From assembly GCF_016595525.1 (NCBI RefSeq), contig NZ_JAENII010000011.1:101450-165449 (forward strand): a DNA stretch of 64,000 bases, written 5' to 3'. Source of the stretch: Haloferula rosea. GTDB lineage: Bacteria; Verrucomicrobiota; Verrucomicrobiia; Verrucomicrobiales; Akkermansiaceae. Shown here piece after piece: positions 1 through 10,251 of the stretch (position 1 is its first letter; each line of letters opens with the position of its first letter). The position numbers and the translations under genes are program-made. The notes under the pieces are model-generated. The model made no database searches, had not been told where the DNA came from, and saw only the letters and a program-made list of their open reading frames with translations.

Positions 1-656
1 CTCCTTCTCCTGAACCGCGTCAGTGAACTCACGCTCCACCTCAAGCAGGGCTGTCCGCGAGATCAGCCCTTCCTTCTCCGCCGAGCGGAACCGTTCGATC
101 TTCTCCGTCATCTGTTTCGCCCTCTCGATCGATGCCTCAAGATTGATCTTCTCTCGATCCGGGCGCTCCTGGGCGAGCACATAGGCCGAACCCACCTTCA
201 CCCGCTCAAGCTCGGCCGTCGCAGTCGACAGCGCAAGCCTTGCCGACTCCAGTTTGATCTCCGCCTTGATCGAATCCAAGGTCAGCAGCAGTTGCCCCTT
301 CCCGACCAAGTCACCCTCCTCAACCTCAACTGAGGTGATGGTCGACATCGGCACCACCGGAACCAGGTAGGGTTCCGCCGAGCAAGTGCCCTCAGCGAGG
401 ATTGGTTTCACAAAAGCACGTTCCTTCACCTCGGCGGCGACCACCGGGAAGTCCTTGCCCATCTTCCGCATCAGCGCCGCGTACCCGAGGCTCGAATCAT
501 ACATCTTCGATCCCGGGTCCTTGTAAGCGGGCCAGAGGACGGTGACGGCGAGCAGGCCACCTGCCACCAGCAACACCATCACGATGCCCAACAGGGTGCG
601 GTTCTCGCGAGCGAGATCCCGCGCAATCTGCAGGCTCTTGGAAAGGAGTCCCTTCA
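1..656 (-). CDS. HlyD-family membrane fusion / periplasmic adaptor protein (partial, C-terminus beyond window edge)
   Basis: Reverse-complement translation from ATG at 656 reads MKGLLSKSLQIARDLARENRTLLGIVMVLLVAGGLLAVTVLWPAYKD..., then ...ILAEGTCSAEPYLVPVVPMSTITSVEVEEGDLVGKGQLLLTLDSIKAEIKLESARLALSTATAELERVK... This gives an N-terminal TM anchor followed by a lipoyl-like and coiled-coil adaptor region typical of HlyD/MFP. The frame stays open to position 1. It is absent from the ORF track because there is no in-window stop. Confidence 0.6.
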
Positions 657-669
657 TCGTCGGTCCTGT

Positions 670-1635
670 TTAGAGACTGACGCGGCTCGCGTCGAGGCAA
701 GTTCGGCGCCCTTCATCAGGACGAACAAGGAAAGTTCCGCCCAACACCGCCATCTCGGCTGCGAGTTGGAGGGCCCTCCATGCCACTGCAATGGCGACAG
801 CTTCCGGAAGTGGCATGACCTGGCCCAACAACCAGGTCATGCCCGCTTCTCTTACGCCAATGCCTCCCGGCACGCCAACAGCGAAGAACCCGATCAACCA
901 GGCCAAGCCATCCACCGAGGCAAAGAATGCCAGACCCTCGGTTTCAGGAATGAAAGCCAGCACCAGCACCTTCAACAAAACCGCGTGGAACACACTGAGA
1001 CCCAGATAAGAAACGAACGCGCGACCAAGAGCGGGAAGATCCCACGAAGCATCTCGCAGCGGCGCCATTCGTCGACACAACGCGTCCCAGATTCGTGACC
1101 GCAACTTGAAAACCACAAGCCCGACCACCACCACAAGAAGCGCGATCCACCCTGCGGTTCTCCCGTCCGGCAGAAGCATCAGCCCGAGCAACTGCCGACC
1201 TGAACCCAACAAACCCAACGTGGCGAGCGTTCCCCACGCCGCAATCGTCAGCAGCAGCTCAACCAACAAACTCGCTCCCGCGACCTGCCGGCCCACCCCG
1301 ATCTCCGGTGCCTTCACCACGCGGGACGCATATCCCCAGATACCCCCGGGAAGCCACTTCATCACCTCACTCCGGATCCACAGGCGCGTCGCGCGCCCGC
1401 GACCGGGGTGCTGACCCAACCCCGCGAGGACGTCGCTCCAGATCGAGGCATTGCACCACGTGTAGGCCACAAGCCCCATGAACACCGCGACCAGGAAGGC
1501 CAGTTTGGCTCCGACCAGGGCCTCCACCGCAGCGGGCAACTGAGATCCAAAGGCGACCAGTAGTAGTGTCACCGCACAGACGGGTAGCAGGCGTTTGATC
1601 CAGATTTTCATCTTGGAGTGTCGTTTGGAGTTCAT
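670..1635 (-). CDS. Polytopic membrane protein, flippase-like / lysylphosphatidylglycerol-synthase-TM-region family (UPF0104-like)
   Basis: The track ORF 670..1716 was trimmed to the internal Met MNSKRHSKMKIWIKRLLPVCAVTLLLVAFG. It has at least 8 hydrophobic helices and is Gly/Leu-rich with no soluble domain. The start overlaps the GT4 stop by 4 nt. This family is typically paired with GT2 enzymes. Confidence 0.5.
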   Translation of the reverse strand: MNSKRHSKMKIWIKRLLPVCAVTLLLVAFGSQLPAAVEALVGAKLAFLVAVFMGLVAYTWCNASIWSDVLAGLGQHPGRGRATRLWIRSEVMKWLPGGIWGYASRVVKAPEIGVGRQVAGASLLVELLLTIAAWGTLATLGLLGSGRQLLGLMLLPDGRTAGWIALLVVVVGLVVFKLRSRIWDALCRRMAPLRDASWDLPALGRAFVSYLGLSVFHAVLLKVLVLAFIPETEGLAFFASVDGLAWLIGFFAVGVPGGIGVREAGMTWLLGQVMPLPEAVAIAVAWRALQLAAEMAVLGGTFLVRPDEGRRTCLDASRVSL

Positions 1636-2882
1636 CCGATGGCAGGGACCCGAGTGATCGCACCGAAACCACGACCCTGATAGATCCTGACGGTCATCGC
1701 GGCACAGCGGTCCCAATCAAAGACCCGGCTCGCGTGGAGCCGGCCTTGCTCTCCAAGGCGCGACGCCAACTCATCATCACTCAGGACACGCAGGATCGCT
1801 GCAGTGAGTGCCTCTTCGTCTTTCTCGGGAACGAGCAACCCAGTCTCACCATCGAGGATCACATCCACGATACCCCCCACTTGGGAAGCAATCACCGGCT
1901 TGCAGTTGGCGAGTGCCTCGATCAGCACCACCCCAAGACCTTCGGTGTCGCCCTTGTCGTCGTGGATCGCGGGATGCACATAGGCCGAGCATTCACGATA
2001 GAGCTTCCCGAGTTCTTCATTGGATACGAATCCGACAAACCGGACAACCGATTCGAGTCCAAGACTCCTCGACAGCTCCTCCCACTCCTGTTTCCGATCT
2101 CCCTCTCCAGTGATCACAAGCTTCACCTCACGTTCGGCGAGGACCGCCGGCAGGGCACGCAGCAGGACATCGATGCCCTTGCGCTGAATCAGGCGACCAC
2201 AAAAGAGGAGCGACGGCACAACACTGGAGGACTCCTCCCCAGAAGGCTCCATGTCCGGCACCGTCGCTCCATAGGGCACCACTTTGGATGCAAAACCGCA
2301 AAGCCGCTTAAGCTCCGCCGCCGTGTGCGAACTGTTCACACAAATCTCGTCGGACTGACTCAGGAAAAATTTCAGGGACCAGCGGACGATCTTGCTGTTC
2401 CGTGCCAAGGCGAGCTCCGCACCGTGGCACATGGCCACGACACGCACTCCGAGGAGCCACTTGGGAAGGAGAGCCCACAAACCGTGCGGGAATGGCCAGT
2501 GAATGTGCAGCACCTTAGTCCGGTCACGCACGCACCAGGCGAACACGGCAAACGCCCCCATGATCAGGTAGGGCAGGATGAGCAACTTGTAGCCCAGCGA
2601 CCGGGTCTTGCTGGGCGCGCCCGAATCATGCGTGAGCATCTCCCTGGACGCCGGGGCGTAGCGGAAGCGGCGGACCTCGATGTCGTCGATCTCGTGCGTC
2701 CGCAGTCCACGAAAGGAAGGGGCATAGACCTTGAGGGACTCAAGACGGTTCGCCGTGCGGGTCGCCATCTCGCGCATCCAGGGAACCTGATGGTCGTCCT
2801 GGCTACGGGCGTAAGTCGAGGTCACGACGGCAACCCGTGGGCGGTTGATACGGCCTTGGAAGGATGAAACGATGGTACTCAT
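1632..2882 (-). CDS. Glycosyltransferase family 4 (GT-B, RfaB/GT1-like)
   Basis: The track ORF 1632..3005 was trimmed to MSTIVSSFQGRINRPRVAVVTSTYA (ATG at 2882). The C-terminal half has the GT4 signature ...FCGRLIQRKGIDVLLRA...VKLVITGEGD...EALANCKPVIASQVGGIVDVILDGETGLLV... Confidence 0.75.
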   Translation of the reverse strand: MSTIVSSFQGRINRPRVAVVTSTYARSQDDHQVPWMREMATRTANRLESLKVYAPSFRGLRTHEIDDIEVRRFRYAPASREMLTHDSGAPSKTRSLGYKLLILPYLIMGAFAVFAWCVRDRTKVLHIHWPFPHGLWALLPKWLLGVRVVAMCHGAELALARNSKIVRWSLKFFLSQSDEICVNSSHTAAELKRLCGFASKVVPYGATVPDMEPSGEESSSVVPSLLFCGRLIQRKGIDVLLRALPAVLAEREVKLVITGEGDRKQEWEELSRSLGLESVVRFVGFVSNEELGKLYRECSAYVHPAIHDDKGDTEGLGVVLIEALANCKPVIASQVGGIVDVILDGETGLLVPEKDEEALTAAILRVLSDDELASRLGEQGRLHASRVFDWDRCAAMTVRIYQGRGFGAITRVPAIG

Positions 2883-2922
2883 GGGGAGGAGTCGGGTTGG
2901 GATACGTTCAAGAAGCAGGCGT

Positions 2923-3927
2923 TCAGGCGACGCGGGTCGCACGGTCAAAGTCGAGATGGCTTGTAGGCGCGGGGGCTTCCACCACCTGCGATACGGGAAG
3001 TTCACGAGCCTCCTTCATTTCACGATACACCCCATGCTCGAGCTGCAGCCCCTGACCGACGAACAGCATCGCAGCGATCGCAAAGAGGACCCCGGCCATG
3101 GCCGGAACCGTGGCGGCAAGGCCAGCCACCGTGAGTCCGATAGCCGTGGCCCACAGCAAACCTGCGACCCCACCTGAAAGCATCGCCAAGCGGCCGAAGA
3201 AGTGCATCGGGCGGTTGCGGTAGGTCTTGAGGAAACTGACCGTGGTCATGTCGAAGATCCCACAAAGGATGCGCTTCACGCCATACTTGCTCACACCGAA
3301 CTGACGGGCGTGGTGCTGAACCACGATCTCAGCCGTTTGGTAGCCCTCGAAAGATGCCAGGGAAGGAACCATGCGGTGCATCTCACCATACATGGGGAGC
3401 ACCTTGACCACCTCACGGCGATAGGCCTTGAAGCCGCAGTTGTGATCGTGAAGGGGAACCCCGACGAGACGGCTCAGCACGGCATTGAACACACGGCTGG
3501 GAAGCACCTTGTGCCATGGGTCGTAGCGCTTGCGCTTCCACCCGGTCACAATGCCGAATCCCTCCTCAAGTTTCTCAAGGAAGCGCGGGATCTCACACGG
3601 ATCATCCTGAAGGTCGGCGTCCATTGTGAAAACGACATCTCCAGCCGCCTGTTCGTATCCAAGCGCCAGCGCATCGGCCTTGCCAAGATTCCGGCGGAAG
3701 CGGAAAGAACGGACGGTTCCCGGATGGAGACGTGCCAGGCGGCTCATCTCACTCCATGACCGATCCGTGCTGCCATCGTCGATGAAGAGGACTTCCCAGT
3801 CGTAGGCGAGCCGTTCCATTTGATTGGCAATGCCACTGAAGAGGGTTTCGAGCGTCTCCTCCTCATTCATCGCCGGGATGATGAAGGAGACCATTTGTAG
3901 GGGGCGGTTGTTGGCGTGGATGTTCAT
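2923..3927 (-). CDS. Glycosyltransferase family 2, polyprenyl-phosphate sugar transferase (DPM1/ArnC/GtrB-like)
   Basis: MVSFIIPAMNEEETLETLFSGI...EVLFIDDGSTDRS...FTMDADLQDDP...GWKRKRYDPWHKVLPSRVFN... plus C-terminal TM helices is the classic dolichol/undecaprenyl-phosphate glycosyltransferase architecture. The start may be the internal Met at about 3894. Confidence 0.75.
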   Translation of the reverse strand: MNIHANNRPLQMVSFIIPAMNEEETLETLFSGIANQMERLAYDWEVLFIDDGSTDRSWSEMSRLARLHPGTVRSFRFRRNLGKADALALGYEQAAGDVVFTMDADLQDDPCEIPRFLEKLEEGFGIVTGWKRKRYDPWHKVLPSRVFNAVLSRLVGVPLHDHNCGFKAYRREVVKVLPMYGEMHRMVPSLASFEGYQTAEIVVQHHARQFGVSKYGVKRILCGIFDMTTVSFLKTYRNRPMHFFGRLAMLSGGVAGLLWATAIGLTVAGLAATVPAMAGVLFAIAAMLFVGQGLQLEHGVYREMKEARELPVSQVVEAPAPTSHLDFDRATRVA

Positions 3928-4167
3928 AATTCAATAGTTGGTTTGGACATCACCTAACCATCACGCCACGTGCCAAAGGCTCAACCGATGCACGCAACAC
4001 GCACCTCTTCAATGACTTATAAAACAACCCTCAAACACACCTCCGGGACCGATCGGAGCAAAACCCTGAACCATTTACCGGATTCGGAAGCGTTTACCGG
4101 AATCATCTACAGCCCCCGTTGTCTTGGCTCGGTTGACCATCCGGATCCTTTTCCTATACTGCGGCCC

Positions 4168-5625
4168 ATGCTCGCCACTTCGCGCATCGCTCTCCCAAGT
4201 GCGGTGCTGACCCTCATACTCCCCTGCTGCACCGTGGGCCCGGATTATGAGGACCCGAATCTCGTAGTTGAAGGCGAGTGGCATTCCTCGGGCGGCGATT
4301 CGGTGGTGCAAGACTACTGGACAGAACGCCTCGACGCCGACCAATCCGCCAAGCGTACCGGTGCCGAACTCTGGTGGAGGAAATTCAACGACAGCTCACT
4401 CAACAAGCTGATCACGCACGCGCGCAGAAACCACCCGACCGCCGCCGCCGCTGATGCCCGCATTCGCGAGGCGCGTGCCCAGCGGAACGTTCTCGCTTCC
4501 GCCTGGTCCCCATGGATCGGCACACGGGGTGAAATCCAAGGGGGCGAGAACAACCCGAGCACGTTCGGGGGAACCACCGGCTCCTCATTCTCCACCAACT
4601 ACATCGCCGGCCTCGAAGCCGGCTGGGAAGTCGACCTCTTCGGAGGGATCCGTCGCGGTGTCGAAGCCGCCGATGCCGAGTGGGAAGCCGCCATCGAATG
4701 GCAACGCGACGCACTCGTCGTGTTGAGCGCGGAAGTGGCACTCCACTACGTGGCCGCGAGGACCCTCGAAGAGCGGCTCGCCCGAGCAACCGAAGCCGTC
4801 GATGACTTCCGCGAGCTCCACAGGGTTCTTGTCGACCGTCAGGCAGAGGGCCTGTCTCCCGAAGCGGACGTGGCCGAGTCCAAAGCACAACTCCTGACCC
4901 GCGAAGCGAGGCTGCCGAAACTCGAGCAGGAGATGAAAGTCGCACGCATCCGACTCGCCAACAGCTCGGGAATCTACCCGAACGATCTGGACCCGATCAT
5001 GAAACGCAACCGTGGTATCCCGGTCCCTCCTTCGAAGATCCTGGTGGCGACTCCCATCGATGCCCTGCGGAATCGTCCCGACGTCCGACGGGAAGAACGC
5101 AAGCTGGCGGCGCAAACCGCGCGCATCGGCCTGGCCGAGTCCGAACTCTACCCCATCCTCTCGATTTCCGGGGGTATCAACTGGGAAAGCACGTCCGCCT
5201 CCGACCTGTTCACACAAGCGAACCGCGCCTTCGGCTTCGGTCCGAAACTCAAGTGGCGGATCTTTGAAGGATGCAAGATCAAGAACCGCATCGCCGAAGA
5301 AGAAGCACAAACCGACATCCGGCTCGCGGCTTATCGCCAGCAGGTGATGGATGCCGTCACGGAAATCGAGATTGCGATGACCCGGCTCGACACCGAAGGC
5401 CGCTACGCGAGCAAGCAAGCCGAGGCTGCCAACGCCCACCTCAAGAGCACCGAGCTGACCCGCAAGTCCTACCTCGCCGGCCTCGTCGACATTCGCCGAC
5501 TGCTGAATGCCCTCATCGACTACCACGACGCCCGAGATGAGGGAGCCGCCGCTCTCGGCCGTCGCGCCGGCTTCGCCGCAGCGCTCTTCAAGTCCATCGG
5601 TGGAGGTCAGATCCCCGATGGCTGA
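4168..5625 (+). CDS. Efflux transporter outer membrane factor lipoprotein, NodT/OprM family
   Basis: The track ORF 3970..5625 was trimmed to MLATSRIALPSAVLTLILPCCTVGPDY (lipobox with Cys, ATG at 4168). Two TolC-like repeats follow (ELWWRKFND...L; coiled-coil alpha-barrel segments). Its 3' end overlaps the convergent histidine kinase gene by 19 nt. Confidence 0.8.
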   Translation: MLATSRIALPSAVLTLILPCCTVGPDYEDPNLVVEGEWHSSGGDSVVQDYWTERLDADQSAKRTGAELWWRKFNDSSLNKLITHARRNHPTAAAADARIREARAQRNVLASAWSPWIGTRGEIQGGENNPSTFGGTTGSSFSTNYIAGLEAGWEVDLFGGIRRGVEAADAEWEAAIEWQRDALVVLSAEVALHYVAARTLEERLARATEAVDDFRELHRVLVDRQAEGLSPEADVAESKAQLLTREARLPKLEQEMKVARIRLANSSGIYPNDLDPIMKRNRGIPVPPSKILVATPIDALRNRPDVRREERKLAAQTARIGLAESELYPILSISGGINWESTSASDLFTQANRAFGFGPKLKWRIFEGCKIKNRIAEEEAQTDIRLAAYRQQVMDAVTEIEIAMTRLDTEGRYASKQAEAANAHLKSTELTRKSYLAGLVDIRRLLNALIDYHDARDEGAAALGRRAGFAAALFKSIGGGQIPDG

Positions 5626-8102
5626 TCGGTCGGAACGACCTCGAGCAACACGCGTTCGAGCTCCTTCGAATTGATCGGCTTGCTCAGGTAATAGTCCATA
5701 CCCGCCTTGCGGCATGCCTCACGGTCCGCCTCGAGCGCGTTGGCCGTCACCGCCACGATCGGGGTTCTCACGACCGCCTCGCCAGCTTCGCCAGCCCGAA
5801 TCCGCTGGCTTGCCTCCAGGCCATCCATCTCCGGCATGCGCATGTCCATCAGGATCAGATCGATGTGCCGTGATTCACCTAGCATCTCGAGGGCCTCCCG
5901 GCCGTTTCCCGCCAGCTCCACGGAAAAACCCAACTTCTCCAGCATCATCTTCAGCAATCTGCTGTTCACCGGGTGATCCTCCACCACCAGAACCTTCATC
6001 CCGCGTCCATCCAGTGCCGGACGGTCGGCCGGCTCCACCTCCGTTCGGGAAGACTCGCCACGAGCCTGCTGCAGTGGCAGGTCCACCACAAACCGCGCCC
6101 CTCCCTCCCTCTCACGGAAGGCCCGGATCTTCCCACCCATCGCCTCGAGCAAACGACGGCAGATCGCAAGACCAAGCCCGGTGCCCCCATGACGTCGGGT
6201 CGACGAAAGATCCACCTGAAAGAACGCATCAAAGAGCTTCTCCTCGTCTCCCTCAGGAAAGCCAATCCCCGTATCCTTGACCGAAAACCGGAGGGTTTCG
6301 TCGTCACGAACATCCAACGAAACAACCACCACTCCCTCCTCGGTGAACTTCACGGCATTGCCCACCAGATTCATCATGACCTGACGAAGCTCGCCACGAG
6401 CTCCGATCACGAGTCCGGGGACCCCCGAACCCACCTCCACGCTCAGATCCAACCCCTTCCCCTCAGCAACCCCGCGATGAAGATCCACCGTCTCGCGCAG
6501 GAATGCCGTAGGGTCGAAAGTCTCCTCACTCAGTACAATCCTGCCACTCTCCGCCCTCGAAAAATCGAGGATGTTGCTGATCAGGCCGAGCAGGACATCC
6601 CCACTCTTGCGGATCATCTCCACCGAGTTGCGCTGATCTTCGGCCATATCCGACTTCTCTAGTAGATCAGCAAACCCGAGGATTCCGTTGAGCGGAGTCC
6701 GGATCTCGTGACTCATGGTTGCGAGGAAAAGCGACTTGGACTCGTTCGCCAGTTCGGCGGCCTCCATCGCCTCCCTGATCTCCCGCTCCCGGCGGCGCTG
6801 ATTGGTCACGTCCCGGACGATTCCCTGCACCACCCGGTCCCCGCCGAGTTCAAACGCGTTGGCCCAGACTTCGGCGACGAAACGGCTCCCATCACTGCGG
6901 GAGAACTCACACTCAAACCGGTGGCGGCCACGCTCAGCCACTTCGGACATCGCCTCGCGCGAGATGTCCAAGGCGCTCTCAGGGTGGAGCTGCGATAGAT
7001 GCTTGCTCGTCAGATCAGAGCGCGAGTAGCCCAGCAGCTTGCACAGCGTCTCATTCACATCGAGGATCACGCCCTTCATGTCGTGGAGCACGATACCATC
7101 GAGCGATTGCTCGAACACCGTTCGGAACTTCCGTTCCCTTTCCACGACAGCCGCCTGATTCTTCCGCCTCTGCGTGAGATCTCTGGCAATCGCATAGACC
7201 CTCTTCTCCCCACCGATCTCGAAGGCGTTGCCCACCATCTCAGCCGGGAAGACCGATCCATCCGAGCGCAGGAGGTCCGCCTCGAAATGACATCTTCCCA
7301 CCTCCCTCACCTGACGGAAGGCAGCAAGTGACCGCCTGATCGAACCACGTTCGACAAGATCACGCAGACCGGCACGCAACATCCCGTCGCGCGTCATCCC
7401 GAACATCCGCACGGCGCTATCGCTGACATCGCGGATTGCACCATCGAAATCAATGATCACGATCGAGTCGACCGAAGCGTGGAAGAGCGACTCGTAACGC
7501 TGTTCCTTCAAACGGATCTCACTCTTGGATTCGCTGCGCTCGAGCTCCGCAGCCACGCCATTGCCCACGAGTTCGACGACCATCCGCCCCAACTCATCCA
7601 ATGGATGGTCCGGATCGAGTTTCATGACCACAGCGCCTACCGGCTGGATCCGGAACTTGAGGGGGATGGCCACATAGGGAACCCCGCCATCCGTCCACTC
7701 ATCGACGACAACCGCCTCCGCTCCTCGACGCCGCGCCGCCTCCGGGATCTGCTCACTCGATGACCACGACGTAATCCAGCGGGTGGTATTCAGCTCCTCG
7801 CTTTCCCGGAGAACCAAATCACCGATCGCCCCCAGGAGACGTCCCCCTTCATCCAACAGCCTGCGGACATTCGCCTCGTGATCAGCGCTCCGGGAAAGAA
7901 GCACATCGGCCAACCGTGACATGGCCTCCCGGTAGCTGCCCAAGGTCCTGCCCTGGCTTGCCAGCAACTTCTCCAGCTCCTGATTCAGCTCATAGAGCTC
8001 CGCGCTCTTTTCTTCAAGAAGCCTCTCGGCCTCGGAGCGTGCCCGTCTCTCCCGATCAAGTCGCCGCTCAATCCGACCCTGTTTGTCCAGCTGTCCACTC
8101 AT
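5607..8102 (-). CDS. Cytoplasmic hybrid sensor histidine kinase/response regulator (coiled-coil, two PAS domains, HisKA, HATPase_c, REC), H-NOX-associated (HnoK/HqsK-like)
   Basis: The 831-aa protein has PAS segments (SLFHASVDSIVIIDFDGAIRDVS...; FRTVFEQSLDGIVLHDMKGVILDVNE...), an H-box ATMSHEIRTPLNGILGF, a G-box DTGIGFPEGDEEKLFDAFFQVD...GGTGLGLAI, and a C-terminal REC (KVLVVEDHPVNSRLL...DLILMDMRMPEMDG). There is no TM helix. Its start overlaps the H-NOX stop by 4 nt. Confidence 0.85.
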   Translation of the reverse strand: MSGQLDKQGRIERRLDRERRARSEAERLLEEKSAELYELNQELEKLLASQGRTLGSYREAMSRLADVLLSRSADHEANVRRLLDEGGRLLGAIGDLVLRESEELNTTRWITSWSSSEQIPEAARRRGAEAVVVDEWTDGGVPYVAIPLKFRIQPVGAVVMKLDPDHPLDELGRMVVELVGNGVAAELERSESKSEIRLKEQRYESLFHASVDSIVIIDFDGAIRDVSDSAVRMFGMTRDGMLRAGLRDLVERGSIRRSLAAFRQVREVGRCHFEADLLRSDGSVFPAEMVGNAFEIGGEKRVYAIARDLTQRRKNQAAVVERERKFRTVFEQSLDGIVLHDMKGVILDVNETLCKLLGYSRSDLTSKHLSQLHPESALDISREAMSEVAERGRHRFECEFSRSDGSRFVAEVWANAFELGGDRVVQGIVRDVTNQRRREREIREAMEAAELANESKSLFLATMSHEIRTPLNGILGFADLLEKSDMAEDQRNSVEMIRKSGDVLLGLISNILDFSRAESGRIVLSEETFDPTAFLRETVDLHRGVAEGKGLDLSVEVGSGVPGLVIGARGELRQVMMNLVGNAVKFTEEGVVVVSLDVRDDETLRFSVKDTGIGFPEGDEEKLFDAFFQVDLSSTRRHGGTGLGLAICRRLLEAMGGKIRAFREREGGARFVVDLPLQQARGESSRTEVEPADRPALDGRGMKVLVVEDHPVNSRLLKMMLEKLGFSVELAGNGREALEMLGESRHIDLILMDMRMPEMDGLEASQRIRAGEAGEAVVRTPIVAVTANALEADREACRKAGMDYYLSKPINSKELERVLLEVVPTDQPSGI

Positions 8103-8629
8103 TGACAGCGGATCACGAACATGGTCCCGTCATCCAATGGCTCCCGCTCAATACTCGCCTCAGTCTTGAAATGAGCGATCGATCCCTCGATCAGACCATG
8201 GCAAACATCATCGAGGTGACGACTGGAGCGGTAGATCATCTCCAACACACCGGGGTCGGGTCGCCGCGTTTCAAAACTCGGCAACTCGGCGTCCGGATAG
8301 AGTTTCCTCACCTCGACGTGGATGTAGCTCTCCACCCCTTCAAGAAAAGTCAGCAGGGAGCTCGCCTTGTTGACGAACTCAGGATAAGACGCAGCGAGTT
8401 TCCCGAACAGGTGCTTCCCATAAACCTGGAGTAAGTCCGGCACGGCGACCCCGCTTCGCTCGCTCAATTCACTGACCAAGGCAACGATTTCACGATGATC
8501 GTAGGTGCCCACGGCCGTGTAAGCCCCGCCCGAAGGAAGATCGCACGCTTCGATGATGTCATCGACCATGTCTTCATCCCATTTCTGCTCTACCAGACCG
8601 AGGAACTCGGTGAAAATGATCCCTTTCAT
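8099..8629 (-). CDS. hnoX: H-NOX (heme nitric oxide/oxygen binding) sensor protein
   Basis: MKGIIFTEFLGLVEQKWDEDMVDDII..., a candidate proximal His in ...SYIHVEVRKLYP..., and the Y-x-S-x-R heme-propionate motif followed by GLIEGS (MIYRSSRHLDDVCHGLIEGSIAHFK), exactly as in characterised H-NOX domains. It is 176 aa and translationally coupled to the downstream hybrid kinase. Confidence 0.8.
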   Translation of the reverse strand: MKGIIFTEFLGLVEQKWDEDMVDDIIEACDLPSGGAYTAVGTYDHREIVALVSELSERSGVAVPDLLQVYGKHLFGKLAASYPEFVNKASSLLTFLEGVESYIHVEVRKLYPDAELPSFETRRPDPGVLEMIYRSSRHLDDVCHGLIEGSIAHFKTEASIEREPLDDGTMFVIRCQ

Positions 8630-8638
8630 ATCTTCTGT

Positions 8639-10012
8639 TCAATTTAGGCTTATCCCGTATCTCCTCATCTTGTTGTAAACCGACTTCTCCGCAATTCCCA
8701 GCCGCCTTGCCGCCTCCGCCTTGTTCCCCTCGCATGCCGCAAGAGTCTGACGGATCGCCTCCACTTCCAATTGCTCGAGGGTCAAACCAGAGAGCCCGAC
8801 AGGAAGTGCCACCGATGCCGCTGGCTCATCGCCTCCTTGAATGAAAGGTGGCAGATCCGCCACACGGATGGTCCGGTCGTCACAAAAGGCACTGGCACGC
8901 TCGAGAACATTCTCCACCTCGCGCACGTTGCCCGGCCACCGGTAAGCCGTCAGCCGGTTCTGGGCCGCAGATTCCACCCGGATCACACCACACTTCCGCC
9001 GCTTTGAAATGCCTGCGAGGATCTTTTCCATCAAGGCAGGAACATCCTCCGGACGCTCCCTCAAGGGTGGCAACTCGAGAGGGATCACATTCAGCCGGTA
9101 AAACAGATCCTCACGGAACTCGCCCGCCCGGATCTTCTCTTCGAAATCAATGTTCGTCGCTGCCACCAGGCGAAAATCCGCCTTGATTCTTTCCTCACCA
9201 CCCACCCGCTGGAACTCGCGATCCTGGAGCACGTTGAGCAATTTCGGCTGCAAGTCCATCGGCATGTCCCCGATCTCATCAAGAAACAAGGTTCCCCCTC
9301 TGGCAGCTTCGATCTTTCCCATGCGACGCTTGATCGCACCAGTGAAGGCACCTTTCTCATGCCCGAACAACTCACTCTCCAGCAATTCACGCGGAAGCGC
9401 CGGGCAACTCACGGTCACAAACGGCGATCCGGGGGCCCCACCACTGGCGTGGATGAAACGGGCGAGCGCTCCCTTGCCCACCCCGCTCTCCCCGGTCAGC
9501 AGGACGGTCGATTGAATCGGTGCCACCTTGCGGGCCTTCTTGAGAAGTTCCACCATCACCGGAGCCTCGGCGACCATCTCGCCGATCGGCGCCGCATCAC
9601 TCAGCGAGGCACGAAGTTCCTCATTCTCCTGCTGCACCTCGCGCAGCTTCGACGCATGTCGAAGGCTCAGGAAAAGGTCCTCGAGATCGAAGGGCTTCGT
9701 CTGGTAGTCATAAGCTCCGAGCTTCAGCGCACGGACGGCGTCCTCCGCCCGATCCGCCGCAGTCAGCACCACACTCGGCATTCCCGGGTGTTCCTTCTCC
9801 AAGCGTTCCAGCAGTTCAAAGCCCGACATCCCTGGCAAACCAAGATCGAGAAGAACCACTTTGACCTCATCGTTGAGGCACTGCAGCGCTTCCTCACCCT
9901 TCTCCACAGCCTTCGCCCGAAACCCGAAGTCCCTTGCTTTCAACATCAGCAACCTCCGGGTCGTCTCATCATCCTCAACGATCAATAAATCAGCTGCCCG
10001 CTCCAACTCCAT
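8639..10012 (-). CDS. Sigma-54-dependent response regulator (REC + AAA+ sigma-54 activator + Fis-type HTH; NtrC/LuxO family)
   Basis: REC (LLIVEDDETTRRLL...VLLDLGLPGMSG), Walker A GESGVGKG, the sigma-54 contact motif GAFTGA (EKGAFTGAIKRR), and a C-terminal HTH (AARRLGIAEKSVYNKMRRYGI). It is the first gene of the RR-H-NOX-HK operon. Confidence 0.9.
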   Translation of the reverse strand: MELERAADLLIVEDDETTRRLLMLKARDFGFRAKAVEKGEEALQCLNDEVKVVLLDLGLPGMSGFELLERLEKEHPGMPSVVLTAADRAEDAVRALKLGAYDYQTKPFDLEDLFLSLRHASKLREVQQENEELRASLSDAAPIGEMVAEAPVMVELLKKARKVAPIQSTVLLTGESGVGKGALARFIHASGGAPGSPFVTVSCPALPRELLESELFGHEKGAFTGAIKRRMGKIEAARGGTLFLDEIGDMPMDLQPKLLNVLQDREFQRVGGEERIKADFRLVAATNIDFEEKIRAGEFREDLFYRLNVIPLELPPLRERPEDVPALMEKILAGISKRRKCGVIRVESAAQNRLTAYRWPGNVREVENVLERASAFCDDRTIRVADLPPFIQGGDEPAASVALPVGLSGLTLEQLEVEAIRQTLAACEGNKAEAARRLGIAEKSVYNKMRRYGISLN

Positions 10013-10251
10013 TGCGGGATAGCATGTTCACCTGGCCCCTTGATGACAAGCGAACTCAACGCCTGCGGAAGATCCTACATTCCACTCACTCCAACCCGGT
10101 AGTTTCTACCGGATTTCCTCCACCCAGAAGTCATCGGACTCAGCTCGACACCATACGTAACTCATTGACTACCAACACCAACACAACACCACAAACCAAC
10201 TCGGCACGGGACATGCCATCTCCGAGTGGCGTTGAACCAACGCCTCCAAAC

